Shown one piece after another: positions 61,674 through 64,000 of a stretch of 64,000 bases of DNA. Position numbers and translations under genes: made by a program. The stretch comes from Nitrosopumilus sp. (lineage in GTDB: Archaea > Thermoproteota > Nitrososphaeria > Nitrososphaerales > Nitrosopumilaceae): the NCBI GenBank assembly GCA_965238275.1, contig OZ250186.1, positions 1,088,001 through 1,152,000 of the forward strand, read 5' to 3'. Below the pieces are notes generated by a model. That model did no database searches. It saw only the letters and a program-made list of their open reading frames with translations, and was not told where the DNA came from. Position 1 is the stretch's first letter. Each line of letters begins with the position of its first letter.

Positions 61674-62132
61674 ATGAATGAGACTATTCTCTCCAAAGAC
61701 AAATCACTGACAGAAATCAGGCAGCATCCGGATGAAAAATACTATGAAGATTTGCTGCAACGATCAGACGCCGCACACCAGAACATCACATACTGGAAGC
61801 ATGGCAAGTTCGTGTATGTGCATGCCCTGCGTTTTGTTCCCATCGACTTGCAAAAAGCGCTGCGCGAGACAGAAAAATTACTGCATGAATACAGTGAGTC
61901 TATAGGATTCAGCAATGGGCGCAACAAGGACGCAATAAGCATTACCAGAATCGCAGATGACAAATGGGACGTCGAGGTTCCGGTGTTTACGAGAGACGAA
62001 TGGGACGGGTACCGGTGGAGGACATCTACGGACACCAAAAAAATCATGGATGTCATAAAGATGTTCTTTGAGGAATTGGAGTGGTTTGGAATGCTTGGCT
62101 TTAAGATGGACCGACACAACAAGCATACATAA
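61674..62132 (+). CDS. Hypothetical protein, tandem paralog 2
   Basis: IGFSN...WDVEVP...WDGYRW...MFFEELEWF..L.F.M. Confidence 0.8.
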   Translation: MNETILSKDKSLTEIRQHPDEKYYEDLLQRSDAAHQNITYWKHGKFVYVHALRFVPIDLQKALRETEKLLHEYSESIGFSNGRNKDAISITRIADDKWDVEVPVFTRDEWDGYRWRTSTDTKKIMDVIKMFFEELEWFGMLGFKMDRHNKHT

Positions 62133-62324
62133 AATATGGCACATCATGAGGCGTTCCTGCACGTGTCACGCAACTTTTGTAACTAATCTGGCTTGAGTTT
62201 CCCTGGTTCCATGGCACGTGCCCTATCGTGGAATCTTAGTATCCGTGGTTTATGCGCACAAAATGGGCACAAGCAAACTGGCGTCTGGCAAGATACAAAT
62301 ATTCAGCCTGCCGGCGAAGATCGA

Positions 62325-64000
62325 ATGAAAGTATCTTCGGATGCAGACTTGCCCGCACCCATACGGGACATCGCAGCAACAGACGCAAAGAGACTGCGCG
62401 TCATGGCCGGCCCCGGCACGGGCAAGTCATGGGCGCTCAAGGAACGCGTGAAGCGGCTGGTCGGGGAAGGGCAGGATCCGTCCCGCATCTGGGCCGTCAC
62501 GTTCACCCGCAACGCCGCCAGGGAGCTTGCCGACGATCTTGACGACCCGGGAATCGCCGGCGGTGAGCTCATACGGGTCAGCACACTCCACTCATACTGC
62601 TTTGGCCTTTTGAGGGATCATGCGACCAGTATCGGCCGCATCCCCCGCATAGTCATGAGGGTTTCATCGTCCAATCCCTTGGGGTTTGAGAGTGGCATGC
62701 TGGTAAGTGATCTGATCAACGAGAGTCCGGAGTTTGGTGATGAAAAGGGATGCTCTGAACGCATAAAGAAGTTTGAGGCGGGCTGGGCGGAGATGGAATC
62801 AGACATGCTTGACGACCCGGTCAACCAGTCGCTTGAAAAGCGCCTGGGCGCATGGCTTGGTTTCCACGGGGCGATGCTCATGAATGAGCTCGTGCCGGAA
62901 TCCTTGCGGATTCTTCGCGGCGGCATGGTCCCCGGCGCGCTTGCCGATTTTGATCACGTGATAGTCGACGAGTACCAGGATCTGAACAAGGCAGATCAGG
63001 AGATTACCAATCTCGTATCCGGGAACGGATCCCTGACGATAGTGGGCGACGGCAACCAGTCAATCTACGGCTTCCGTCACGCGCATCCGAAAGGGATAGA
63101 GGATTTTCAAAACAGGTATCATGACGCGTGCGACGTGTCGCTTGCGGAATGTCAAAGGAGCCCGGTCCGGGTCGTGGAGATGGCCAACAACCTGATTGCC
63201 CTCAATCACCCGTCCGGCACGCCGCCCGGCTTGCGGCCCAAGCCTGGCAATCCTGACGGGGAAGTGCACGTAGTCCGCTGGGGTACCATGGATGAAGAGG
63301 CAGAGGGCATAGCCAAATACGTAAGGCACCTGACGAATGATTGCTCCTACAAGCCGGAAGATATACTGATCATGGTCCCGCGCAAAATATTGGGCCACAA
63401 GATACATGACGCGGTAAGCGACCAGGGCGTCTCCGTGCACAACTTTGATCAGGACGTGCTGGCAAAAGACGTGGCGCAGCGTGCATTCGCGCTGCTCACG
63501 TTGTTGGGCAACGGCGAAGACAGGGTGATGCTCAGGTGGTGGCTGGGGCATGATGATCCCGGACGACTCAGCGGCCCATACCGAAAGCTTCGCGAATACT
63601 GTGAAGCCAGCGGCGTGTCGCCACGATCCGTGCTTGAGGACATGATGCATGGCCGAACGGACTTGCCCGACGCGTCGCCCCTGCTGGCGCCGTTTGGGAA
63701 TCTGGTTGGGGAGACTGACCGGTTGTCCAAACTGAGCCTGCGTGGCTTGGTCGACGACTTGTTGCCAGAAGACAATGGGAACTGTGCGGTTTTGAGGAAG
63801 ATTGCAGAACGCGCGCTTGCAAACAGCGAAAATATCCAACAAATGTACGAACGCGTACTGGAAGACATCATCCAACCCGAAGATCCAAGCGGCGATTCCG
63901 TGCACGTGATGACCATGCATAAAACCAAGGGACTGTCCAGCAAGGTCGTAATCGTGGCCGGCTGCTGTGACGGGCTGGTTCCTTTCAGAGACAACAGACT
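62325..64000 (+). CDS. Second UvrD/Rep-family helicase, runs off the window end (absent from the ORF track)
   Basis: AGPGTGKS, VTFTRNAA, STLHSYCF, VDEYQDLN, VGDGNQSIYGFR and MTMHKTKGL motifs. Confidence 0.92.
   Translation, partial: MKVSSDADLPAPIRDIAATDAKRLRVMAGPGTGKSWALKERVKRLVGEGQDPSRIWAVTFTRNAARELADDLDDPGIAGGELIRVSTLHSYCFGLLRDHATSIGRIPRIVMRVSSSNPLGFESGMLVSDLINESPEFGDEKGCSERIKKFEAGWAEMESDMLDDPVNQSLEKRLGAWLGFHGAMLMNELVPESLRILRGGMVPGALADFDHVIVDEYQDLNKADQEITNLVSGNGSLTIVGDGNQSIYGFRHAHPKGIEDFQNRYHDACDVSLAECQRSPVRVVEMANNLIALNHPSGTPPGLRPKPGNPDGEVHVVRWGTMDEEAEGIAKYVRHLTNDCSYKPEDILIMVPRKILGHKIHDAVSDQGVSVHNFDQDVLAKDVAQRAFALLTLLGNGEDRVMLRWWLGHDDPGRLSGPYRKLREYCEASGVSPRSVLEDMMHGRTDLPDASPLLAPFGNLVGETDRLSKLSLRGLVDDLLPEDNGNCAVLRKIAERALANSENIQQMYERVLEDIIQPEDPSGDSVHVMTMHKTKGLSSKVVIVAGCCDGLVPFRDNR

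Noticed and set aside
1-64000. tRNA or rRNA genes
   Set aside because: None recognised by eye; a tRNAscan-SE or Infernal run would be needed to exclude them.

Overview
Archaeal DNA, most consistent with a host-associated Nitrosopumilaceae (thaumarchaeote). This assignment is inferred from archaeal-type asd and nrdJ, TATA boxes about 25 bp upstream of start codons, and ISH3, IS630 and single-ORF IS66 elements. By my boundary estimates, insertion sequences make up roughly a third of the window (IS5, IS66, IS630, ISH3, one intact TnpB element), plus two families of very small MITEs. Many host genes are split or truncated. Only two clear housekeeping genes are present: class II ribonucleotide reductase with a LAGLIDADG intein, and asd. 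Accessory genes include GmrSD, a split MNT-HEPN, a secreted metalloprotease, a VirB6/TrbL-like protein and two UvrD helicases. The best candidates for undescribed biology are: (1) two paralogous cassettes of helical peptide A, helical peptide B and a 4-TM protein, with peptide B disrupted differently in each; (2) a four-member double-zinc-finger microprotein family, three members of which lie beside those cassettes; (3) 47-bp palindromic elements with IS6-like ends, with a similar end capping a TnpB remnant; (4) a 90-bp MITE that splits a fused MNT-HEPN gene; (5) a UvrD-nuclease / two paralog pairs / UvrD module. The segment 2521-4330 looks like an assembly chimera. All assignments come from motif recognition by eye; no database search was run.
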